Origin: Clostridia bacterium
GTDB taxonomy: Bacteria; Bacillota; Clostridia; Christensenellales; UBA1242
DNA: 64,000 bases
Reading direction: 5' to 3'
NCBI GenBank assembly: GCA_045538455.1
Contig: JAZSRL010000006.1
Location: 48,135-112,134 of the forward strand
The position numbers and the translations under genes are program-made. Below, piece after piece: positions 36,678 through 45,103 of this stretch. The notes beneath the pieces were generated by a model. That model did no database searches, had not been told where the DNA came from, and worked only from the letters and a program-made list of their open reading frames with translations. Position 1 is the first letter of the stretch. Every line of letters begins with the position of its first letter.

Positions 36678-36753
36678 TTTATTATTTCATATAATTATAA
36701 ATTACATAGTAATGTAAAGTCAATAGACCCAGACAAATTAATACAAAAATTTA

Positions 36754-36782
36754 TTGACAAGACCTGGTCCATCATGTATATT
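36754..36782 (+). promoter_or_regulatory. sigma-A promoter of tRNA-Asp
   Basis: TTGACA (36754-36759), 17 nt spacer, TATATT (36777-36782). The tRNA begins 10 nt downstream. Confidence 0.65.
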
Positions 36783-36792
36783 AATAATGTTT

Positions 36793-36869
36793 GGCCCGCT
36801 AGCTCAGTTGGTTAGAGCGCATGCCTGTCACGCATGAGGTCGACAGTTCAAGTCTGTTGCGGGTCGCCA
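36793..36869 (+). tRNA. tRNA-Asp (anticodon GTC)
   Basis: Acceptor GGCCCGC/GCGGGTC, D arm GCTC..GAGC, anticodon stem CATGC/GCATG with loop CTGTCAC, T arm GACAG-TTCAAGT-CTGTT, encoded CCA. 77 nt. Confidence 0.92.
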
Positions 36870-36877
36870 AAAAAACA

Positions 36878-36902
36878 AAAAGCGGTTTTTTCCGCTTTTT
36901 TT
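36878..36902. terminator. bidirectional rho-independent terminator (tRNA-Asp / S8 paralog 2)
   Basis: Hairpin AAAAGCGG-tttttt-CCGCTTTT with flanking A- and T-runs. Confidence 0.75.
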
Positions 36903-36930
36903 ATTTAAATGATTATTTCAAACGAACCCA

Positions 36931-39336
36931 TTACTTAATACGCGGTCGTGTTATAAACATTATAATTACTACACCAATAAATATAACACCGCCCCATGTC
37001 GCCATGCCAATCCAATCGACATAATGATGTTTCAATTTAGCTGTAATTGTAAAATCTGATGCCGGCATTGAAAATGTTTGGTTTTGGTGTAAATCCAAAC
37101 TATTTAAAAAATCAACATCTTCACAATATTCTATATCCCAAGATTCGATTTCAAAATTCTTCTGTAGAACAGGATTTAAATCAATTTCTTGACCATATAA
37201 ATATTCACCAGATCCTGTGATGTTTTCAAAACCAGTTTCTGGGATATTTACTGTGAGAAAATATATATTGCGCTTATAATAAATATTAATAACGGTGTCA
37301 TCCTTAACTATTTGTTGTTCAAACTCTATTGGCGTAAACCCTGTATACTCATGCGATGTAGCTTTAGTTTCAATATCAAATTGACTATAATAAATTTCGC
37401 TCTTTATAAGTTTATATTTGGATACATCTGGAATTTCACTTACATTATTTAATTCATAAATTGGTTCTAAAAAATGATTGACCGTATATTTTGTTGCGAA
37501 CTCTACACGCAAATGATGAGTACCATTTAAATTTGTTAAGTCATACTCTTCAATAAATCTTGTATAAGGCAAAAGAGAACCATCGAGGTAAATACCGCTC
37601 ACATGACAGTTTTTGTCCGGAGTTAAAGATATTTTAATACTATTATTTTTTTGATAAAAGTTAAGTCCAGTTGCAGACACTGTACCATGTCCATTTGAAA
37701 CAATCTCCACCGCAAGATACTCTGGGACTAAATGATTTAAAATTGGCAAGCCATAACCAAAAGAATCATCTTTTCCAGCATCACCTAAATCAAGTACTGT
37801 TTGGATACCATTATATTTGCCATATAAGATATTCATAATATCACTTTTGCTATATTCATGCATCGGATCAGATTTTAATAAAGCAATATATGCCGCCACA
37901 TGCGGTGCCGCCATTGATGTTCCTTGTTTACCAACTATCCCTCCATCATTATCTGCACTAATAATAGAAACACCAGGAGCACATACATCAATAAGTGACC
38001 CAAAATTCGAAAAACTGGCAAGTGTTAAATCACGACATATTGCACTAACAGTAATTGATGTTTTGACATTCGCCGGAGAATTATTTGATGTATTATGACT
38101 GTCATTACCGGCAGCGGCAACAGGCATAATATCCGCATCATATAAGTCTTTTATGATGTCTTTATAAAAATTATCATTTTGCTTGCTGGAAAAACTCATA
38201 TTAATTGCAACTACATTATACCCCTGTTCTTTTAATTGCATGGTATAATGCATTGCTGCAATAGCATTTGAACCGGATCCAGAAGAAGTTCCATCTGAAT
38301 TTTTTGCCATAAATTTCAATGGAAGAATCTTGACATTAGATAAGGTCATATCACAAATAATTCCAGAACAGTGTGTTCCGTGACTATGTTCATCTTCAAA
38401 ATCATATTCTTCATCAGGGTGAACATTGGTATAATCTTTTCCAATAATTTTTCCATTTTCGTCATATAATAAACGGTCTGTAAACCAAGGATGGTCTGTA
38501 TCGATTCCTGTATCTAACACAGCAACAACTACTTTAGGCAAGTTATAATCTGTGTTGTCGGCATTCACAAGACTTGTCAAATATTCGGAATATTCAGGAA
38601 CGCCCATGGCTTCCGCACCCCATGTCATATATGAATAAGAATCTCCGAGACCGGCTGGCATAACTTCACTCTTTTTGCACTCTTCATCTTCAACCCAACA
38701 AATAATATCAACTTCGACATAATCAATGTATGATTGATTTAAATAATATTCATATGCTGCCTTTGTTTCTTCAATAGTCGCATATTGTAAGATATATAAA
38801 TTATTGATATTAGCGACAGCCACTGCACCACATCTATCAAAGTTTGGGTTTGTGGTTTTCAAGACCAAACGCCTGGTTGCATATTTACGCGTTAAAATTA
38901 TATTATTTTCGCCATGTGTTACTTCATAGTTATTTTGAGCGGCAAGTTCTTCTAAATAATATGTATCAACAGCGCAGGAACGCATTTGATTTGTTGTAGC
39001 ATTTTCACTGATTATTTCAAAAGATGTATTTGTTAAGTTTGCAAAAGTTTGTTTATTAACAATGAAATCTCCATCTTGATTTTTTGTTAAATTTTTTTCT
39101 TTATGAAAGAAAACTAAATCATTGTCTTCAATTGGATATTGTGAATTCATTGCAGCTACTGCGTCACCAAAATTTTCAACATCACTATTGGATAATGAGT
39201 TTTTCACACCCAAAGTAAACGCACTAACTCCAAAAGTATTAGGTAATGATACATTAAGAACAAAGCCGATTGTTGCACACAAAAAAACAATGCACGATAC
39301 AATTAAAAACTTAAAACTTCTCAATGTTTTTTTCAT
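36931..39336 (-). CDS. subtilisin-like serine protease (S8), secreted, C-terminal TM anchor (paralog 2, longer N-terminal region)
   Basis: 801 aa. Signal/TM FKFLIVSCIVFLCATIGFVL. Triad VAVLDTGIDTDHPWF, HGTHCSGIICD, GTSMAAPHVAAYIALL. Collinear with paralog 1 through the C-terminal repeat modules and the TM tail WGGVIFIGVVIIMFITRPRIK. Confidence 0.88.
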   Translation of the reverse strand: MKKTLRSFKFLIVSCIVFLCATIGFVLNVSLPNTFGVSAFTLGVKNSLSNSDVENFGDAVAAMNSQYPIEDNDLVFFHKEKNLTKNQDGDFIVNKQTFANLTNTSFEIISENATTNQMRSCAVDTYYLEELAAQNNYEVTHGENNIILTRKYATRRLVLKTTNPNFDRCGAVAVANINNLYILQYATIEETKAAYEYYLNQSYIDYVEVDIICWVEDEECKKSEVMPAGLGDSYSYMTWGAEAMGVPEYSEYLTSLVNADNTDYNLPKVVVAVLDTGIDTDHPWFTDRLLYDENGKIIGKDYTNVHPDEEYDFEDEHSHGTHCSGIICDMTLSNVKILPLKFMAKNSDGTSSGSGSNAIAAMHYTMQLKEQGYNVVAINMSFSSKQNDNFYKDIIKDLYDADIMPVAAAGNDSHNTSNNSPANVKTSITVSAICRDLTLASFSNFGSLIDVCAPGVSIISADNDGGIVGKQGTSMAAPHVAAYIALLKSDPMHEYSKSDIMNILYGKYNGIQTVLDLGDAGKDDSFGYGLPILNHLVPEYLAVEIVSNGHGTVSATGLNFYQKNNSIKISLTPDKNCHVSGIYLDGSLLPYTRFIEEYDLTNLNGTHHLRVEFATKYTVNHFLEPIYELNNVSEIPDVSKYKLIKSEIYYSQFDIETKATSHEYTGFTPIEFEQQIVKDDTVINIYYKRNIYFLTVNIPETGFENITGSGEYLYGQEIDLNPVLQKNFEIESWDIEYCEDVDFLNSLDLHQNQTFSMPASDFTITAKLKHHYVDWIGMATWGGVIFIGVVIIMFITRPRIK

Positions 39337-39429
39337 TTGTTATTCTATAAATTATAAATAAATCATAACTTCTTGTCAATGTAACACTTTAGATGCCTAA
39401 TAATAGTATGTGACTTTATCTTAAAAATA

Positions 39430-40605
39430 TTATAACCAAACTGTTGGACAATTACGATTCTGCTTGAACCACTTGGTCTTTTTAAGAATAATTGCATTAT
39501 TTGAACATTGTACATCTGGTCTCAGATCATATTGATTACATGATACGACAATATTTCCGTTCATTGATGCAAACTTGTTTTCTTTTTGTTCTTCATAGAT
39601 AGTTGTAACATAAACTTTTTCCGTATAGATAGCAATACGGTCAATAAAGTCTTGTGTCGGAAATTGATTCTCATTGGTAGAAGTATATTCATTACTTCCA
39701 GCACAACAGCAAACACAAACTATTTTAGGCTGAATTACTTCTAATAGTTTATTATGTGAACTAGTTTTGGAACCATGGTGTCCTGCCTTATATAGTTCAA
39801 CTTGATGTAAGTCGTTGCTAGCCACCAAAGATTCTTCGCCTGCTTTTTCAAGATCACCAGTAAAAAGATAATGTTTATCGTTGTTTTGAATTATTTGACA
39901 ACAAACCGAATGATTATTTTCAGTGCTGGACACTTCACGGTAATATCGATGATCAAGAACTTCAAGTACAATATTTTCAGTTAATAGATATTGGGATTTT
40001 GCCCCATTTGTTTCTTCAACACAATCCAAAGCATTAAAAACTTTGGTATTACATCGTGTTTGCAATTCATTTAATTCGCGTAAGTAATTCGCGTAAATAT
40101 TTCTTTCCATAGTTTCGGGCGTAACTTGTGCAAATTGAATTACCGTTTTCACATCGTAAAGATCAAATAAACTTAATGTTTTTTCGGGCGTAGCAAATCC
40201 AGTGTAATGATCTTCGTGAGCATGCGTAACAATTACATATTCGATAGTACCATCGAGAACATATTGGTCAAGATAGTTCTTAATGGTCGATATGGAACTT
40301 GTCTTGGATCCAGCATCAATCAAAACTTCTACATTACCTGCTTTAATCAAAGTACAATCACCTGTGTACTGATTCCCTAATTCTAAAAAATGAATGGATA
40401 AGTCTTTATTTTTAATGAGTTCGACATCAAGCGTACTGTTTTCATGATGACCATAAAAAAATGGATAAATATAGTCAGGGTATAAATTATACCCACAAAA
40501 AACAACGGCACATATCACAAAGGTACAAAGTAAAACAACAAAAGTAGGAGTAAGTTTTCTCTTTTCTGTATATGCTTTTCTTCTTCCGCGACGATATCGT
40601 CCCAT
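39430..40605 (-). CDS. membrane-anchored MBL-fold metallo-hydrolase (ComEC C-terminal-domain-like)
   Basis: Trimmed to the ATG at 40605 (MGRYRRGRRK...). The longer start would run into the upstream terminator. TM FVVLLCTFVICAVVFCG. FLELGNQYTGDCTLIKAGNVEVLIDAGS and VIVTHAHEDHYTGF (HxHxDH). Confidence 0.8.
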   Translation of the reverse strand: MGRYRRGRRKAYTEKRKLTPTFVVLLCTFVICAVVFCGYNLYPDYIYPFFYGHHENSTLDVELIKNKDLSIHFLELGNQYTGDCTLIKAGNVEVLIDAGSKTSSISTIKNYLDQYVLDGTIEYVIVTHAHEDHYTGFATPEKTLSLFDLYDVKTVIQFAQVTPETMERNIYANYLRELNELQTRCNTKVFNALDCVEETNGAKSQYLLTENIVLEVLDHRYYREVSSTENNHSVCCQIIQNNDKHYLFTGDLEKAGEESLVASNDLHQVELYKAGHHGSKTSSHNKLLEVIQPKIVCVCCCAGSNEYTSTNENQFPTQDFIDRIAIYTEKVYVTTIYEEQKENKFASMNGNIVVSCNQYDLRPDVQCSNNAIILKKTKWFKQNRNCPTVWL

Positions 40606-40629
40606 ACATTGAATTATAACATCAAAAAT

Positions 40630-40660
40630 AAACAAAAGACCAACACATTATATGTTGGTC
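40630..40660 (-). terminator. rho-independent terminator after small basic protein gene
   Basis: Minus-strand hairpin GACCAACA-tataatg-TGTTGGTC followed by TTTTGTTTATTTTT. Confidence 0.65.
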
Positions 40661-40684
40661 GTTATAAACTTTTTATAAGTTGAA

Positions 40685-40921
40685 CTAATTATTGCTAGGA
40701 TTACTTGTTGTCTGGGTAGTTGCAGTTTTTTGTTGCGTGGTCGAAGTTTTCTTGGGTGTTGATGTTTTGCGTTTCTTTTTACCTATAAACTGACTACCTG
40801 TATCGTCAATCCAACCCGCTAAACTGCTACTCATTTCGACAAATGTATCTTTAATGGTTTTACCAAGTTTTTTCATGGCATTCCCTTTTTTATTAGTTGT
40901 TTTTCTGCTGTTTTTTTCCAT
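40685..40921 (-). CDS. hypothetical small basic protein with Thr/Lys-rich tail
   Basis: 78 aa from the ATG at 40921. An internal ATG at 40876 has a better SD (AAGGGAA). The C-terminal KKKRKTSTPKKTSTTQQKTATTQTT is low complexity. No family recognised. Confidence 0.45.
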   Translation of the reverse strand: MEKNSRKTTNKKGNAMKKLGKTIKDTFVEMSSSLAGWIDDTGSQFIGKKKRKTSTPKKTSTTQQKTATTQTTSNPSNN

Positions 40922-41049
40922 GAACTTAGTATGTGTCGCGTGTGTCAAAATATACTAAAAACTTCATAAAAGATACTATGACAGCAATTCAAGATTTTTA
41001 TGAAAGTACAAAAGCAAGCCAACTGGCACAAGCCTATCGTGAAAAAAAA

Positions 41050-41081
41050 CAATCACACCAAAATAGTGATTGGCTTTTTTT
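41050..41081 (+). terminator. terminator-like hairpin in the glyA upstream region
   Basis: CAATCAC-accaaaata-GTGATTG, then GC and T7, ending 40 nt before the glyA ATG. Function (attenuator versus end of a short transcript) is unknown. Confidence 0.35.
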
Positions 41082-41120
41082 GATTTGCCTATTTTTAACG
41101 CTCTATATATAATTGAATTA

Positions 41121-42305
41121 ATGAATACAATTCAAAAATTAATACAAAAAGAAAACAAAAGGCAATGGAGTAAAATTAACTTAATTGCTAGTGAAAACAT
41201 TGCCAGCAAAAATGTTATGAATGCCATGGGTAGTTGTTTAACAAACAAATATGCGGAAGGTTATCCGGGTGCACGCTATTACTCTGGTTGTGAAGTTGTT
41301 GACGAAGTCGAAAATTATTGTCGTGATTTAGCTTGTAAGTTATTTGATGCAGAACATGCTAATGTACAACCCCACTGCGGTTCTTCGGCAAATATGGCGG
41401 TTTATTTTGGACTATTAAAACCCGGTGACACAATTCTTTCCATGTCGTTAGATGCAGGTGGACACTTAACACACGGTGCCAAAGTTTCTTTTTCTGGTAA
41501 AATTTATAATGTTGTTAACTATGGATTAGATGCTAAAGGTGTTTTAGATTATAAATCTTTAGAAAAACTCGCTAAAGAACACAAACCACAAATTATCGTA
41601 GCTGGATGCAGCGCTTACAGCTTGGTGATTGATTTCGAACGCATTGCAAAAGTTGCTAAATCTGTTGGGGCTTATTTTATGGTTGATATGGCACATTTTG
41701 CAGGTTTAGTAGCCGCTGGTCTTTACCCTAACCCAATGAAATGGGCAGATGTTGTAACTACAACCACACATAAAACTTTACGCGGACCGCGCGGTGGTAT
41801 GATTCTATGTAAAAAAGAGTTTGCCAAAGCAATTGATAAGGCGGTTTTCCCAGGCTCACAAGGTGGACCATTAATGCATGTGATTGCGGCTAAAGCTGTT
41901 TGTTTAGAAGAAGCGTTCACGCCAAATTATCGTCGTTACATTGAGAAAGTTGTTCAAAATGCTAACTACCTATGTGAAGAATTAAAAAAAGAAGGAATTA
42001 AAATCATTTCGGATAAAACTGAAACACATTTATTTTTAATTGATTTACGCAATACTAATAAATCTGGACGCCAGGTTCAAGATGAATTAGAACAAAAATT
42101 CGGCATAGTAACCAATAAAAATAAAATTCAAGATGACCCACGCACTGCTATTGAGACTAGTGGCGTTCGTATTGGTTTGCCATTTATTACAAATTTAAAA
42201 AAAGTTAATCGCCGCGTTCTTGATGAAATTAAAGAATGCATTGTATCGGTTGTACTCGAAAAACCAGAGCCAGTTCTTAAATACATACCAAAAATTTTTA
42301 AATAA
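41121..42305 (+). CDS. glyA: serine hydroxymethyltransferase
   Basis: Trimmed to the ATG at 41121. LIASENIASKNVMNAMGSCLTNKYAEGYPGARYYSGCE and the PLP-lysine region TTTTHKTLRGPRGG. Confidence 0.93.
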   Translation: MNTIQKLIQKENKRQWSKINLIASENIASKNVMNAMGSCLTNKYAEGYPGARYYSGCEVVDEVENYCRDLACKLFDAEHANVQPHCGSSANMAVYFGLLKPGDTILSMSLDAGGHLTHGAKVSFSGKIYNVVNYGLDAKGVLDYKSLEKLAKEHKPQIIVAGCSAYSLVIDFERIAKVAKSVGAYFMVDMAHFAGLVAAGLYPNPMKWADVVTTTTHKTLRGPRGGMILCKKEFAKAIDKAVFPGSQGGPLMHVIAAKAVCLEEAFTPNYRRYIEKVVQNANYLCEELKKEGIKIISDKTETHLFLIDLRNTNKSGRQVQDELEQKFGIVTNKNKIQDDPRTAIETSGVRIGLPFITNLKKVNRRVLDEIKECIVSVVLEKPEPVLKYIPKIFK

Positions 42306-42310
42306 TTAAT

Positions 42311-42332
42311 AGGCGGCACAACCGCCTTTTTT
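42311..42332 (+). terminator. rho-independent terminator after glyA
   Basis: AGGCGG-cacaa-CCGCCT followed by TTTTTT. Overlaps the thiI stop codon on the other strand. Confidence 0.75.
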
Positions 42333-43473
42333 ATAATTCCCTACACTCTACTTTTTGGTAACAATTTTCAACCAACAAATTAAAGTTTAGTTTTTCTTCT
42401 TCGGCTAATACTGTCGATAAGTTTGGTTTAATTGTCGGACGAGATGGCACAAAAACAGTGCAACAATCTTCATAAGGTAAAATACTAATTTGATAAGTTT
42501 CAATTTGTTTCGCAAGATGCACAATCTCATCTTTATCAAAACAAATCAAAGGGCGTAATATTGGTAATTGCTTAGCAACAAAATTATTGGTAGTTATACC
42601 TTGAATTGTTTGGCTGGCAACTTGAGCTAAATTTTCACCGGTAATAATACAATCGGCAGAATGCTCAATGCCAATTTTTTCAGCTAAAGCAACCATAAAA
42701 CGACGCATTAAAGTAATTGTATATTCCTCATGGCAACATTTTTGAATTTGTGAACCAATTTCAGTAAATGGAATAATATATAAATTGCCATTATTTCCAA
42801 ATGAGTTAACTTGTTTGCAAAGTGAAACTACTTTTTGTAAAGCTAATTCACTTGTATAAGGTGGAGTTGTAAAATGAACAAAGTCTACGGCTAAACCTCG
42901 TTTCATTGCCAAGAAAGCAGCAACCGGACTATCAATGCCACCAGAAATCAAACAAATTGCACGGCCAGAAACACCAACCGGCAAACCACCTAAACCGCGT
43001 TCAATACTTGTTGATATGTACGCTACCCCGTTATGACGGATTTCAATTTGCACTACGGTTTCTGGATTTTGTACATCAACTTTGGCTTGTGAATTATTTT
43101 TTAAAACAACATCTCCACACTGTGGGGCAAACACTGGACTTTTAATGGGGAATGTTTTATCAGCACGATTAATCACAATTTTAAAACTTCCTGAAATTTT
43201 AATTGTACTTAAATATTTCAAAATATCTTCAGGACTGTTAAAATTTATAGCTTTACAAACACGAATATTTGTTAAACCAAAAACTTTTTTTAATTGTGCA
43301 ATAACAGGTTTTGAATCTGTAAAGTTAGTAACAACAATCCGAGTATCAGTTAATTCAGCCTTAACATCGGAAGGTAAAACTTGTCGAATGTTTTTCATTA
43401 ATGTACGAACAAAGAAACCACGATTAGAGCCCTTTAAATGTATTTCCCCATAACTACATACTATTACGCTCAT
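42331..43473 (-). CDS. thiI: tRNA 4-thiouridine(8) synthase ThiI
   Basis: 380 aa. N-terminal YGEIHLKGSNRGFF (ferredoxin-like/THUMP), PP-loop LISGGIDSPVAA, catalytic Cys region YEDCCTVFVP. Confidence 0.88.
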   Translation of the reverse strand: MSVIVCSYGEIHLKGSNRGFFVRTLMKNIRQVLPSDVKAELTDTRIVVTNFTDSKPVIAQLKKVFGLTNIRVCKAINFNSPEDILKYLSTIKISGSFKIVINRADKTFPIKSPVFAPQCGDVVLKNNSQAKVDVQNPETVVQIEIRHNGVAYISTSIERGLGGLPVGVSGRAICLISGGIDSPVAAFLAMKRGLAVDFVHFTTPPYTSELALQKVVSLCKQVNSFGNNGNLYIIPFTEIGSQIQKCCHEEYTITLMRRFMVALAEKIGIEHSADCIITGENLAQVASQTIQGITTNNFVAKQLPILRPLICFDKDEIVHLAKQIETYQISILPYEDCCTVFVPSRPTIKPNLSTVLAEEEKLNFNLLVENCYQKVECREL

Positions 43474-43958
43474 TTGTTTTTACGCGCCTCGATTTTCGAA
43501 AGTATTTTTTCTGCTTTCTTTTTAAATGGATTATTTAAATAGAAGTCAAAGTCATTCAAGACTTGGTCAAGATTTGAATTATTATCTTGGTTCAACAATT
43601 GAAAGAAATCATTTTGCATGTTTTCATTATCGGACAAGATGTAGTTTAATAAATTTGCCAATGATATTTCTGGATTATAATTTGTATTATAGCGTTCAGC
43701 TGAAATTTTTGTAGCGTATGCTTCAATTTGACTCAATTTTTGTGACGCACTACTTTCACTGTTTATCTCTTTATTTGTTGTTTGGACATTCTCAACTTCG
43801 TCATTACTATCTTTAAAAATCTCAAAAGTTTCCTTTACAGTTTCTTCAACCACAGGAGTCGTTGGAGTTACCACATACGCATTTGGAAATGGAATAATTA
43901 GTGACTCAAATTCTTGGTCAAATTCATCGATTAATTGATTTAAATAAGTGCTTGTCAT
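43470..43958 (-). CDS. hypothetical acidic protein
   Basis: 162 aa. Overlaps the lgt stop by 35 nt and the thiI start by 4 nt (ATGA). D/E/N-rich. No motif recognised. Confidence 0.5.
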   Translation of the reverse strand: MTSTYLNQLIDEFDQEFESLIIPFPNAYVVTPTTPVVEETVKETFEIFKDSNDEVENVQTTNKEINSESSASQKLSQIEAYATKISAERYNTNYNPEISLANLLNYILSDNENMQNDFFQLLNQDNNSNLDQVLNDFDFYLNNPFKKKAEKILSKIEARKNK

Positions 43959-44736
43959 CTTGTGCTAATTTCCCCTTTTTATTCAATATTAATAATATCA
44001 CACCTATTATAATTAATGCAATACTTAAAACAAAAGAAACACGGTTAAAAACGAAGTCGGCGCTTGTTCCAGGAAATAAAAGACTGTCGGTGCGTAATGG
44101 TTCAATGATAGAGCGCACTGTACCATACCAAATTAAATAACACGATGTTGTTGTTCCGTGTGATTTACTCTTAAAAAAGCATCTTAAAAGAAACCAAAAA
44201 CCTATAAAATTCAATACACTTTCGTAAAAGAAAGTTGCCAAATGATATTCACCCAAAGCATCAATATAAACCGTCAAAGGAAAACAGTTCCAATCTGTTT
44301 TAATTCCAAAAGCTTCTTGGTTAAAGAAGTTCCCCCAACGCCCGATGCTTTGACCTAAAATTAAAGCTACAACTAACATATCGGTAATTGCAAACATACT
44401 ACATTTTTTAATAAGACAATAAATCAAAACGCCGAGTAAACCGCCAAGGATTGCTCCATAAATTGCTAAACCTTGAAAACCACCATGTGAAAAATCAAAA
44501 AAATCAGCAATAGTTAAGACATCGGAAAAGACGATATAATACAAACGAGCGCCAAGAACTGCCAACGGTACAATCAACAAAACAAGCACATACGGGATAT
44601 TAGAATCATAGCCACGCTTGCGACAAAGAAAATCACACAAAAAGACACCAATCATCAATGCAGAGGCAATGATGACGCCATAATAGGTAATATATAAGCC
44701 AAAGATTTGGAATCCCACATTTTGATTATAGCACAT
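43924..44736 (-). CDS. lgt: prolipoprotein diacylglyceryl transferase
   Basis: 270 aa, polytopic. Signature GRWGNFFNQEAFG and YYGVIIASALMIG N-terminus. Confidence 0.9.
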   Translation of the reverse strand: MCYNQNVGFQIFGLYITYYGVIIASALMIGVFLCDFLCRKRGYDSNIPYVLVLLIVPLAVLGARLYYIVFSDVLTIADFFDFSHGGFQGLAIYGAILGGLLGVLIYCLIKKCSMFAITDMLVVALILGQSIGRWGNFFNQEAFGIKTDWNCFPLTVYIDALGEYHLATFFYESVLNFIGFWFLLRCFFKSKSHGTTTSCYLIWYGTVRSIIEPLRTDSLLFPGTSADFVFNRVSFVLSIALIIIGVILLILNKKGKLAQDDKHLFKSINR

Positions 44737-44746
44737 ACAATAAAAT

Positions 44747-45103
44747 ATGGAAGTGAAACGCGGTGAAATTTATTTCGCTAATCTTGGTGACAGCAACAGT
44801 AATTTAAACAGCGAACAAGAAGGTTTTCGCCCTGTTTTAATTTTACAAAACGATATAGGTAACAAATATAGTCCCACTGTTATTGTTGCTTGTATGACTT
44901 CAAAAATTTATAAAAACAAAATTCCGACCCATGTTTTTATAAGCGGCGAAAATTATAATTTAAACTGTGATAGTCTTGTATTATGTGAACAAATAAAAAC
45001 TCTCGATAAAAAACGCTTACGACAAAAAATGGCAACAATCAAAGAGACAGACCAACACCGTATAGACCGCGCTGTAAAACTAAGTTTGGGTCTTACCAAT
45101 TAA
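44747..45103 (+). CDS. mazF: MazF/EndoA (PemK family) endoribonuclease toxin, solitary
   Basis: 118 aa. Near-collinear with B. subtilis NdoA: VKRGEIYFANL, GFRPVLILQNDIGNKYSPTVIVACMTSK, IPTHVFI, DSLVLCEQIKTLDKKRL. Confidence 0.88.
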   Translation: MEVKRGEIYFANLGDSNSNLNSEQEGFRPVLILQNDIGNKYSPTVIVACMTSKIYKNKIPTHVFISGENYNLNCDSLVLCEQIKTLDKKRLRQKMATIKETDQHRIDRAVKLSLGLTN

